Origin: an uncultured Erysipelotrichaceae bacterium
Lineage (GTDB): Bacteria; Bacillota_I; Bacilli_A; Erysipelotrichales; Erysipelotrichaceae
NCBI GenBank assembly: GCA_964401865.1
Contig: CAYNZZ010000003.1
Coordinates: forward strand, 30,001 to 62,000
Reading direction: 5' to 3'
Length of the DNA: 32,000 bases
Of the stretch, positions 15,873 through 24,116 are shown piece by piece. The notes beneath the pieces are model-generated. The model saw only the letters and a list, made by a program, of their open reading frames with translations, was not told the DNA's origin and made no database searches. Within the stretch, counting starts at the first letter, position 1. Each line of letters begins with the position of its first letter. The translations under genes were made by a program, and so were the position numbers.

Positions 15873-17540
15873 ATGCAAGAAGTAAGAATAATGGCTTTAG
15901 GTGGTCTTGATGAAGATGGAAAAAATATGTATGTCATTGAAATTGATAATGATATTTTCATCGTCGAAGCAGGACTGAAATATCCAAATGCATCCGAACA
16001 TTTAGGAATACAATATATTATTCCTGACTTTTCGTATTTACACGCACACAAAGAAAGAATCAAAGGTATTTTTATTACTCATGGTCACGACGATGTAATG
16101 GCAGCCATTGGTCACCTACTAAAAGAAATTGATATTGATGTGTATACTACCGCTCTAACCAGCAAGATTTTAGAGAGAAATTTTAAGAAAATCGGTTTAA
16201 AAAAGAAGATTAATATTGTAAAAAGAGAATCTAAACTTAAGATAAGCGGACATACTATCAATGTTTTTCCGGTTATTCAATCAATACCTGATTCAGTTGG
16301 TTTGGCATTTGATACTGAGTATGGATATATTGTCTATACTAGTGAATTTATCATCGATAATTCATTTAACGCCGATGGTTTTACAATGAATATTAGCCAT
16401 TTAGCTGAACTTGGGGAGAAGAGAGTTTTTGCGCTTTTGGCTGAATCGGTTGGTGCGACAAGAAGTGGATATACATCTCCTCATCATCACTTGACCGATA
16501 TTGTTGAGCCATATTTTGAGATGGCTAAAGATGAACGCTTGATTATCACGATGTATAAGCAGAATTTGTTTAGGGTAATCGAGGTGATTGAATTGTGTAA
16601 AAAATATAATCGTAAGATTATGTTCTATGATGACGATCAGCTAAGAATATTAAATTACGCTGAAGAATTGGGTTATTATAAAGTTCCTGATGATTTAATT
16701 ATTTCACACAAGAAGTTTAATAACGAAATAAAGGATATTGTCTGCATAGTATCGGGGAGTGGTAACGAAGTGTTCCGCTTAATGAATAAGATTGCAATTG
16801 GTGATGATAGACTGATTGAACTCAGAAGTGATGACAGTGTCATTATTGCATCGCCAATTATTCCGGGCACAGAAAAAGAAGCTTCTAATATGGAAAATGA
16901 CTTATATAAGGCAGGTATCAATGTTAAACGTGTCAATTCCAAAGAAGTGTTATCGATGCATGCTTCAATTGAAGATTTAAAGATGATGTTGTATCTATTA
17001 AAACCTAAGTATTATATTCCTATTCATGGCGAATATGCATCACTAATCGCTAATGCTGATATAGCTATGTCAATGGGTTATACACCGGATAAGATTATTA
17101 TTTTGGATAACGGACAATTCGCATATTTCCAAGATGGTCATTTAAAATCAACTAGAGAAACAATACCATTAAACGAAACCTTGATTGATGGCAAAGACAA
17201 GCTAGATGTTACCGGTATGGTGTTAAAAGACAGAGAAACTCTTTCTACTGATGGTGCGATAGTAGTAGGTGTTTTATTAGCTTTTAAGAGTAAGAATATT
17301 ATTGGTGGACCTGATGTTCAGTCAAGAGGCGTCATCTATTTAAAAGATGCTGAACATATCGTACAGGAAATTGGCAATATTTTAATCAAGACAATCGAAG
17401 ATGCAGTAAAAGAAAAACGATACGATAATATGCAGACACGTATGGAAGCAAAAGAAAAAATATCTCGATATATTTTAAAAGAAACAGGTAAAAGACCGAT
17501 GGTTTTGCCAGCTATTGTCGAGATAAATATAGAGGAATAA
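15873..17540 (+). CDS. rnj: RNase J family protein (metallo-beta-lactamase/beta-CASP), J2-like variant
   Basis: About 555 aa with typical RNase J architecture and blocks (ALGGLDEDGKN, SIPDS, PIHGEY). The AAAGGAG SD is 7 nt before the ATG at 15873, whereas the ORF-track ATG at 15867 is too close to the SD. Metal-ligand motifs deviate (see findings). Its position upstream of ftsK mirrors Bacillus rnjB-spoIIIE. Confidence 0.88.
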   Translation: MQEVRIMALGGLDEDGKNMYVIEIDNDIFIVEAGLKYPNASEHLGIQYIIPDFSYLHAHKERIKGIFITHGHDDVMAAIGHLLKEIDIDVYTTALTSKILERNFKKIGLKKKINIVKRESKLKISGHTINVFPVIQSIPDSVGLAFDTEYGYIVYTSEFIIDNSFNADGFTMNISHLAELGEKRVFALLAESVGATRSGYTSPHHHLTDIVEPYFEMAKDERLIITMYKQNLFRVIEVIELCKKYNRKIMFYDDDQLRILNYAEELGYYKVPDDLIISHKKFNNEIKDIVCIVSGSGNEVFRLMNKIAIGDDRLIELRSDDSVIIASPIIPGTEKEASNMENDLYKAGINVKRVNSKEVLSMHASIEDLKMMLYLLKPKYYIPIHGEYASLIANADIAMSMGYTPDKIIILDNGQFAYFQDGHLKSTRETIPLNETLIDGKDKLDVTGMVLKDRETLSTDGAIVVGVLLAFKSKNIIGGPDVQSRGVIYLKDAEHIVQEIGNILIKTIEDAVKEKRYDNMQTRMEAKEKISRYILKETGKRPMVLPAIVEINIEE

Positions 17541-17541
17541 A

Positions 17542-19854
17542 ATGGCTAAGAAGAAAAAAGTTGTAGCTAAGAAAGACAATACGATACTATGGATAATTAT
17601 ATCTTTGGTATCTTTCGTTCTTTTTGTTGTATCAATACTTAAACTAGGTCTAGTGGGAACTGCATTGTCTAATCTATTGAGTTTTGTCCTTGGAGATTTT
17701 TATTGGATTAATCTAATATCGATTATTGTGGTAGGCATATATTACATATATGCTCATTCTAAGTCAAAAGTCGAACTTAAAATAATTATTGGCATCATAC
17801 TTTTAAATGTTGCGTTGGCTATTTTATCGGCGTCTTTAAATCCGGTAACAATTGAAAGTTTTGAGGCATATTGTTCATATGTTGCCTCTGATTTTTCAAA
17901 GATTTTTTCTGGAGTTGCTGAGTTATTTAAGGCTGGTATCATTGCTAATGCATTATACGCTTTCTTCAATTTAATGTTTGACAAGTTAGGCACATATATT
18001 ATTGTTGTTGTGCTGTTTGTCATCTCGATGCTATTGATCATTCCGATTGAGACATATAAGAAGTTTTTCTTTGAGACAAAAGATAACCTTGAACAAGCGA
18101 AAGAGAAACACGAAGAAAGAAAACTAGCTAAGCAAAATGTTGCCCAAAACAATGGCGTTTCATCATTTCAAAACATACAGTTAAATACCTATGATGAACA
18201 TCATGAAGAAAACAGAAAAAATAATGATAATAGTTCGCCATACTTCATTGATGTAGCTGTTCCTGAAGAGAAAAAGCCTGTTTTAGATAATTCAGAGTTC
18301 AAGCAAGCTTTAGATGCTAATAATGAAAAAGTGGCTAATGATGATAAGCAAGAAGGCCAAGAAACAAAGCCTAGAATTCTTGAATATAGTGCTGAAAATG
18401 GTGAATACAAGTTACCGCCTTTGCGATTGTTAGAAAATATAACTTCTAAAAATTCAAATATAAATAGGACATCTGCTGATATCAAGGGTCAGAAAGTTAT
18501 TGAAATTCTTCATAATTTTGGTATTGAAGCCACTTTAGTGAATACTCATGTAGGTCCAAGTGTAACTAAGTTTGAAATTAAGCCTGATAGTGGTGTAAAG
18601 GTATCTAAAATCCAAGCTATTTCTGACAATATTAAAATGGAATTAGCTGCAAAAGATATAAGAATAGAAGCACCAATCCCCGGAAGAAGTGCAGTTGGTA
18701 TTGAAATACCTAATGTTGAGCCTTCGATGGTAAGAATGAACGAATTGATGAAAAATTTACCTAGTGATAAAAAGAATTCAAAACTTTTATTTGCGCTGGG
18801 TAAAGATTTGTTAGGCAAAAATATTTATTGCGAATTAGATAAGATGCCACATTTATTGATAGCTGGAGCTACAGGATCGGGTAAATCGGTATGTATTAAT
18901 ACGATTATTACTTCGTATTTGATGAATGCTCATCCCGATGAAGTTAAATTAGTTTTAATCGATCCAAAAAAAGTTGAATTTACACCATATCATGATATTC
19001 CTCATCTATTGTGGCCGGTTATTACCGATGCGACAATGGCTAGCAGCATGTTAAAAAAGATTGTTGTAATCATGGAAGAAAGGTACGAGGCCTTTGCTGA
19101 CGCCGGAGTCAGAAACATTAAAGGATTTAATGAATTAGCAGATAAACATAATAACGATCTTAAAGAAGATGAAAAACCGATGAATAAAATGCCATATATT
19201 GTGGTGATTGTCGATGAGTTAGCCGATTTGATGATGATTGCCGGTAAAGAGGTTGAATCGTCTATTCAAAGAATTACTCAATTGGCTAGAGCTAGCGGTA
19301 TTCATTTAATTGTTGCTACTCAAAGACCAAGTACCGATGTCATTACTGGTATTATCAAATCTAACATTCCATCAAGAATATCTTTCGCTGTGGCTAGTTC
19401 GATTGACTCAAGAACCATTTTAGATCAAACCGGTGCTGAAAGACTCTTAGGAAATGGCGATATGTTATATGCTCCACAGGGAGAAAATTCTCCTATCCGT
19501 ATCCAAGGTGTATTTGTTACAGACCAGGAAATTAAAAATATTACTGATTTTGTTAAAAAAGAAAGAAAACCGCAATACGAAGATTCATACTTTGAATTTT
19601 TGAGTATCAATAACAATGGTGGCGAAGTGAGTTCTTCTTTTAACACCAAAGAAGAGGACAGTCTTTTAAATGACGTTATTGAATATATCACCGATGTTCA
19701 AAAAGCATCGACCTCTCTTTTACAAAGACGTTTTGGTATTGGGTATAATCGTGCGGCCAGAATAATTGAAACTCTTGAAGATAGGGGAATGGTCGGCCCT
19801 GCTCAGGGTTCTAAGCCACGAGAAGTATATCTAAAGAAAGAAACAGAAGAGTAG
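17542..19854 (+). CDS. ftsK: DNA translocase FtsK/SpoIIIE
   Basis: 770 aa. It has N-terminal TM helices, a low-complexity linker, and a motor domain with Walker A GATGSGKS and Walker B VVIVDELADL. The C-terminal gamma winged helix reads LLQRRFGIGYNRAARIIETLEDRGMVGP. Confidence 0.95.
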   Translation: MAKKKKVVAKKDNTILWIIISLVSFVLFVVSILKLGLVGTALSNLLSFVLGDFYWINLISIIVVGIYYIYAHSKSKVELKIIIGIILLNVALAILSASLNPVTIESFEAYCSYVASDFSKIFSGVAELFKAGIIANALYAFFNLMFDKLGTYIIVVVLFVISMLLIIPIETYKKFFFETKDNLEQAKEKHEERKLAKQNVAQNNGVSSFQNIQLNTYDEHHEENRKNNDNSSPYFIDVAVPEEKKPVLDNSEFKQALDANNEKVANDDKQEGQETKPRILEYSAENGEYKLPPLRLLENITSKNSNINRTSADIKGQKVIEILHNFGIEATLVNTHVGPSVTKFEIKPDSGVKVSKIQAISDNIKMELAAKDIRIEAPIPGRSAVGIEIPNVEPSMVRMNELMKNLPSDKKNSKLLFALGKDLLGKNIYCELDKMPHLLIAGATGSGKSVCINTIITSYLMNAHPDEVKLVLIDPKKVEFTPYHDIPHLLWPVITDATMASSMLKKIVVIMEERYEAFADAGVRNIKGFNELADKHNNDLKEDEKPMNKMPYIVVIVDELADLMMIAGKEVESSIQRITQLARASGIHLIVATQRPSTDVITGIIKSNIPSRISFAVASSIDSRTILDQTGAERLLGNGDMLYAPQGENSPIRIQGVFVTDQEIKNITDFVKKERKPQYEDSYFEFLSINNNGGEVSSSFNTKEEDSLLNDVIEYITDVQKASTSLLQRRFGIGYNRAARIIETLEDRGMVGPAQGSKPREVYLKKETEE

Positions 19855-19855
19855 T

Positions 19856-21205
19856 ATGCAAGAGATAAAATGTCCTAATTGTGGAGAAGTCTTTGTAGTT
19901 GAAAAAAGTAATTATGCCGAATTGCTAAAACAGGTAAAAGATGTCGAGTTTGAAAAAGAACTACACCAAAAGATAAAAGACCTAGAAACAATCAAAGATA
20001 AAGAATATGAGTTGTTGCGTCTCAAGCAAGAAGAAGAGTTTAAGAAATCTATTTTAAGCAAAGATAATCTCATTAATGAACTTAAAAATGAGATTTCTTT
20101 AAATGAATCTCAAAAACGATTATCAATTAATGAAGCTCTAGTTAAAAAAGAGAACGAACAGAGAAAAATTATTGATGATAAAAATGATGAAATAGCTAAA
20201 AAGAATTGTTTGATCGAAGAATTAAAAGCTAAAGTTGAAAATAGTGATAATGAGAGAAAATTAGCGATTTCAGAAATAGCTAGCCAAGGACAAAAAGAAT
20301 TAAACGAAAAGATTTTAGTTATTAATGATTTAAAAAATCAATTGGCTAATAAAGAAAATGAAAATGAATTAAACAGAGAAAATCTAAAAAAAGAATACCA
20401 ATTACAGCTCAAAATGAAAGATGAGCAGATAGAGTATTATAAAGATTTTAAGGCACGCCAATCTACTAAAATGATAGGTGAAACACTTGAAAAACACTGC
20501 TTAAATGAATTTAATTCAATTCGTATGTCTGCCTTTCCAAATGCTTATTTTGAAAAAGATAACGATGCGAGGTCAGGGAGCAAGGGAGATTTTATATTTA
20601 GAGATTATCAAGATGGTATGGAGTACATATCCATTATGTTTGAGATGAAAAATGAGATGGATACAACGGCTACCAAGCATAAAAATGAAGATTTTTTAAA
20701 AGAACTAGATAAAGATAGAAAAGAAAAGAATTGCGAGTATGCCGTGCTTGTGTCATTGTTGGAAATAGATAATGATTTCTATAACAACGGAATTGTTGAT
20801 GTATCATACAGGTATGAAAAGATGTATGTCATTAGACCACAATTTTTTATCCCGCTTATATCTTTACTTAGGAATGCCGCTTTAAACAGTTTAAAATATC
20901 GTCAGGAACTTGAAATATATAAGCATCAACAGGTTGATATTTTAAATTTTGAAGATAATATGAATAGTTTTAAGGAGTCTTTTTCAAGAAACTATAAGTT
21001 AGCTAGCGATAAGTTTAATACCGCCATCGAAGAAATTGATAAGACTATTACTCATTTAAACAAAATTAAAGACGCTCTATTGTCATCTGAAAATAATCTT
21101 CGTTTGGCTAATAAAAAGGCTGATGAACTAAGCATTAAAAAACTTACCAAGAATGCACCTAGTGTTAAAAAGATGTTCGAAGAAATAAAGAATGGTGAAG
21201 AATGA
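19856..21205 (+). CDS. Uncharacterised Zn-ribbon/coiled-coil/PD-(D/E)xK-like protein (resembles the DUF2130 family)
   Basis: 449 aa. The N-terminal KCPNCGEVF is followed by about 170 aa of coiled coil, then a C-terminal block GDFIFRD...ISIMFEMKNE (a D...ExK pattern). The ATG is 1 nt after the ftsK stop. The family assignment is from memory and was not searched. Confidence 0.75.
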   Translation: MQEIKCPNCGEVFVVEKSNYAELLKQVKDVEFEKELHQKIKDLETIKDKEYELLRLKQEEEFKKSILSKDNLINELKNEISLNESQKRLSINEALVKKENEQRKIIDDKNDEIAKKNCLIEELKAKVENSDNERKLAISEIASQGQKELNEKILVINDLKNQLANKENENELNRENLKKEYQLQLKMKDEQIEYYKDFKARQSTKMIGETLEKHCLNEFNSIRMSAFPNAYFEKDNDARSGSKGDFIFRDYQDGMEYISIMFEMKNEMDTTATKHKNEDFLKELDKDRKEKNCEYAVLVSLLEIDNDFYNNGIVDVSYRYEKMYVIRPQFFIPLISLLRNAALNSLKYRQELEIYKHQQVDILNFEDNMNSFKESFSRNYKLASDKFNTAIEEIDKTITHLNKIKDALLSSENNLRLANKKADELSIKKLTKNAPSVKKMFEEIKNGEE

Positions 21206-21225
21206 ATATATTCATCATTCTTTTT
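21197..21225 (+). terminator. Weak intrinsic terminator after the ftsK/DUF2130-like unit
   Basis: Stem GAAGAATG (21197-21204) / CATTCTTT (21216-21223) with an 11-nt AT loop, followed by a T-run. The stem is GC-poor. Confidence 0.45.
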
Positions 21226-21234
21226 GTTTAAATG

Positions 21235-21243
21235 TGGTAGAAT
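21235..21243 (+). promoter_or_regulatory. Extended -10 element TGgTAGAAT upstream of the BMP lipoprotein gene
   Basis: It is the same 9-mer as upstream of murG. There is no good -35. The predicted transcript start is near 21248-21250. Confidence 0.45.
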
Positions 21244-21282
21244 GTTTATGTGTGGTTATCCACACAGAAAGGTAAAAAAACA

Positions 21283-22440
21283 ATGAAAAAATTATTAACA
21301 ATTCTTTTAGCTTGTTTCACTGCATTTAGCTTAGTTGCATGTAGTTCAAAAAAAGATGAACCTACTCCAACTGATACTACAGAACCTGTGGTTGAGAGTG
21401 AATACAAGATCGCAATGGTTACTGACTATGGTGATATTACTGACCAATCATTTAACCAATCAACTTATGAAGCATGTCGTGATTTCGCTGAAGAGAATTC
21501 TATTCAATTCAACTATTTCAAACCTGCTGGCGATTCAACTCCAGAAAGAGTTGCAATGATCGAATCTGCAATTGACGAAGGATATAATGTTATTGTTACT
21601 CCTGGTTTCGCATTTGCAGCTGCTTTAGTGGAAGTTGCTCCATTATATCCAGATGTTAAGTTTGTCGCTCTAGATGTCGCTGAAGGGGATTTCTTAGGCG
21701 CTACTGATAACTTAGATTTTATGAAGACTAATGTTTATTCTATGGTTTATCAAGAAGAACTATGTGGCTTCATGGCTGGTTATGCTGCTGTTAAGTTAGG
21801 ATATACTCAATTAGGTTTCTTAGGTGGTATGGCTGTTCCTGCAGTTGTTCGTTATGGCTACGGTTTCTTGCAAGGTGCTGATGTAGCCGCTGAAGAACTA
21901 GGCGTTGAAGTAAATGTAAACTATGCTTACGGAAACCAATTCTTTGGCGATGCTGATATTACTGCTGCAATGGATACTTGGTATTCTGCTGGTACTGAAG
22001 TAGTATTCGCTTGCGGTGGCGGAATCTATTCTTCTGCTGCTGAAGCTGCTGCTAAAGTTAACGGTAAAGTAATCGGTGTTGACGTTGACCAAGCTCCAAT
22101 CATTGATAGTTCATATGGTGAAGGTATGACTGTTACTTCTGCACAAAAAGGTCTATATGCATCAACAATCACTGCTTTGACTACTATTTGTGAAGGTAAA
22201 TGGGATACTTTAGTTGGTAAGATTGATACATTAGGTATTATTTCTGATGATCCAACTTTAAACTATGTAGGAATTCCTATGGAAACTACTCAATGGAGTG
22301 ATGGTTTCACTAAGGATGATTACCTTGAATTAGTTAAGGGAATGCATGCCGGAACTATTACTGTAAGCAATGAGGCTAATCCGGAAGTATTGCCTGAAAC
22401 AACTCGTGTTACAGTTAATAACCAAGGTAACTTAAAATAA
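21283..22440 (+). CDS. BMP-family (PnrA/Med-like) ABC transporter substrate-binding lipoprotein, probably for nucleosides
   Basis: The signal peptide MKKLLTILLACFTAFSLVAC-S has a lipobox. BMP-family blocks are present (IAMVTDYGDITDQSFNQSTYEA, GFLGGMAVPAVVRYGYGF). Codon usage is strongly optimised. I prefer the ATG at 21283 over the ORF-track GTG at 21250. Confidence 0.9.
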   Translation: MKKLLTILLACFTAFSLVACSSKKDEPTPTDTTEPVVESEYKIAMVTDYGDITDQSFNQSTYEACRDFAEENSIQFNYFKPAGDSTPERVAMIESAIDEGYNVIVTPGFAFAAALVEVAPLYPDVKFVALDVAEGDFLGATDNLDFMKTNVYSMVYQEELCGFMAGYAAVKLGYTQLGFLGGMAVPAVVRYGYGFLQGADVAAEELGVEVNVNYAYGNQFFGDADITAAMDTWYSAGTEVVFACGGGIYSSAAEAAAKVNGKVIGVDVDQAPIIDSSYGEGMTVTSAQKGLYASTITALTTICEGKWDTLVGKIDTLGIISDDPTLNYVGIPMETTQWSDGFTKDDYLELVKGMHAGTITVSNEANPEVLPETTRVTVNNQGNLK

Positions 22441-22464
22441 TTATCTATTATTAAAATTGTCATT

Positions 22465-22495
22465 AAAGCTCAAGAATATTTCTTGAGCTTTTTTA
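22465..22495 (+). terminator. Intra-operon intrinsic terminator between the binding-protein gene and the ABC ATPase gene
   Basis: Stem GCTCAAGAA (22468-22476) / TTCTTGAGC (22480-22488), flanked by an A-run and a run of 6 T. Confidence 0.75.
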
Positions 22496-22577
22496 AATAA
22501 TAAAAAAATAGAAACCTTTATTTATGTTAAAATTATTTTGTAAGCGAAAGCGCATTCAAAGTTAGGAGGAATTTATT

Positions 22578-24116
22578 TTGGAAGATACATATGCTATTGA
22601 GATGTTGCATATTACCAAAAAATTTCCTGGAATTATTGCAAATGATGATATAACTCTACGCTTGAAAAAGGGAGAGATTCATGCGTTATTGGGAGAAAAT
22701 GGTGCAGGTAAATCAACGCTTATGTCAGTCTTATTTGGTTTATATAAACCAGAAGAGGGTGTAATTAAAAAAGACGGTGTTGAAGTAAGTATTAATGATC
22801 CAAATGATGCCAATGATTTAGGGATTGGTATGGTTCACCAACATTTTAAATTGGTGGAATGTTTTAGTGTTTTAGATAACATTATTTTGGGAGCTGAACC
22901 GGTAAAAAGTGGTTTTTTAAAGAAAGATGAAGCTCGAAAAAAAGTTATTGAATTGTCTAACAAATATGGGTTATCTATTGAACCTGATGCCATAGTTGAA
23001 GATATAACTGTAGGTATGCAACAGAGAACCGAGATATTAAAGATGTTGTATCGCAATAACGATATCTTAATTTTCGATGAACCGACTGCTGTTTTAACTC
23101 CACAAGAGATTAAGGAGTTAATGGAGATTATGCGTAATCTAAAAGCTGAAGGTAAATCAATTCTTTTCATATCTCATAAGCTAAATGAGATTATGGAAGT
23201 TGCTGATCGTTGTTCGGTTTTAAGAAGAGGAAAATATATTGGAACTGTAAATACTAGTGAAACAACGCCAGAGAAACTTTCATCTATGATGGTCGGAAGA
23301 GATGTTAATTTCCATGTTGATAAGAAAGAAAATAGAACAGGCGATGTAGTATTGAAAGTAGACAATATTTCTGTTTCATCAAAAAGACATAAAAATGATG
23401 CAGTAAAGAATGTTTCGTTTGATGTCAAGGCAGGTGAAATAGTATGTATCGCTGGTATTGACGGCAATGGCCAAAGTGAGCTTGTATATGGTATCACTGG
23501 GCTTGAGCCATTAAAGAGCGGTAGCATTCATCTATTTGATAAAGATATTACTAATATGCCTATTCGTCAAAGAATTGCCTCGGGTATGGCACATATTCCC
23601 GAAGATAGACATAAACATGGTTTAGTGTTAGATTTTTCGCTTGAAAATAATTTTATCTTGCAGACATATTACACATCGACATTTTCTTCAAAACTAGGTT
23701 TTATGAAAAAAGATGCAATTCGCAAAAATGCAGAAAGAATTATTGAAAAATATGATGTTAGGTCTGGACAAGGTCCAATTACAATTTCTAGATCGATGTC
23801 TGGTGGCAACCAACAAAAAGCCATCGTTGGACGTGAAATAGATAGAGATCCAGAATTATTAATTGCGGTGCAACCTACTAGAGGGTTGGATGTCGGTGCA
23901 ATCGAATTTATCCATTCTCAGCTAATCGAGCAAAGAGATAAGGGTAAAGCGGTGTTGTTGGTATCACTTGAACTCGAAGAAGTATTAGATGTATCTGACC
24001 GTATCTTGGTAATGTATGAAGGCGAGATTGTTGCTGAGGTTGATCCTAAAAATGTAACCGAGGAAGAACTTGGATTATATATGGCAGGAGCTAAGCGTAG
24101 TGAGGTAAAAAGATGA
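22578..24116 (+). CDS. ABC transporter ATP-binding protein with duplicated ATPase domains (RbsA/NupO-like)
   Basis: 512 aa. Domain 1 has Walker A GENGAGKST and Walker B LIFDEPTAVL. Domain 2 has a degenerate P-loop GIDGNGQSE and signature SGGNQQK. The TTG start is supported by an AGGAGGA SD with 7-nt spacing. Confidence 0.93.
   Translation: MEDTYAIEMLHITKKFPGIIANDDITLRLKKGEIHALLGENGAGKSTLMSVLFGLYKPEEGVIKKDGVEVSINDPNDANDLGIGMVHQHFKLVECFSVLDNIILGAEPVKSGFLKKDEARKKVIELSNKYGLSIEPDAIVEDITVGMQQRTEILKMLYRNNDILIFDEPTAVLTPQEIKELMEIMRNLKAEGKSILFISHKLNEIMEVADRCSVLRRGKYIGTVNTSETTPEKLSSMMVGRDVNFHVDKKENRTGDVVLKVDNISVSSKRHKNDAVKNVSFDVKAGEIVCIAGIDGNGQSELVYGITGLEPLKSGSIHLFDKDITNMPIRQRIASGMAHIPEDRHKHGLVLDFSLENNFILQTYYTSTFSSKLGFMKKDAIRKNAERIIEKYDVRSGQGPITISRSMSGGNQQKAIVGREIDRDPELLIAVQPTRGLDVGAIEFIHSQLIEQRDKGKAVLLVSLELEEVLDVSDRILVMYEGEIVAEVDPKNVTEEELGLYMAGAKRSEVKR

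Noticed and set aside
21250-21265. TGTGGTTATCCACA considered as a CcpA cre site.
   Set aside because: It lacks the central CG and the TGWAANCGNTNWCA pattern. Only the outer TG/CA match.
21250-21282. GTG start at 21250 extending the BMP lipoprotein by 11 residues.
   Set aside because: The ATG at 21283 gives a canonical MKK...LVAC lipoprotein signal and is preceded by a GAAAGG SD-like element. The extension would include the 5' hairpin. I cannot fully exclude it, because 21250 is also the predicted TSS (a leaderless GTG would be inefficient).
21248-21286. A 12-codon uORF (MCGYPHRKVKKQ) whose TGA overlaps the BMP gene ATG.
   Set aside because: It has no SD and would require leaderless initiation only 5 nt from the -10. 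It is very short, with no supporting features, so it is likely chance in AT-rich DNA.
21335-21559. Alternative-frame + strand ORFs inside annotated genes (21335-21559 and 24360-24551).
   Set aside because: They are fully nested in longer ORFs with clear family signatures. Their translations are low-complexity with no start signals.
21283-22440. A visibly higher-GC, differently biased segment considered as a possible horizontally acquired island.
   Set aside because: The shift is confined to one gene. It consists of GCT/GGT/GTT/AAC/ATC/GAC-type preferred codons typical of very highly expressed genes. The flanks are native operon partners, and there are no repeats or integrase.
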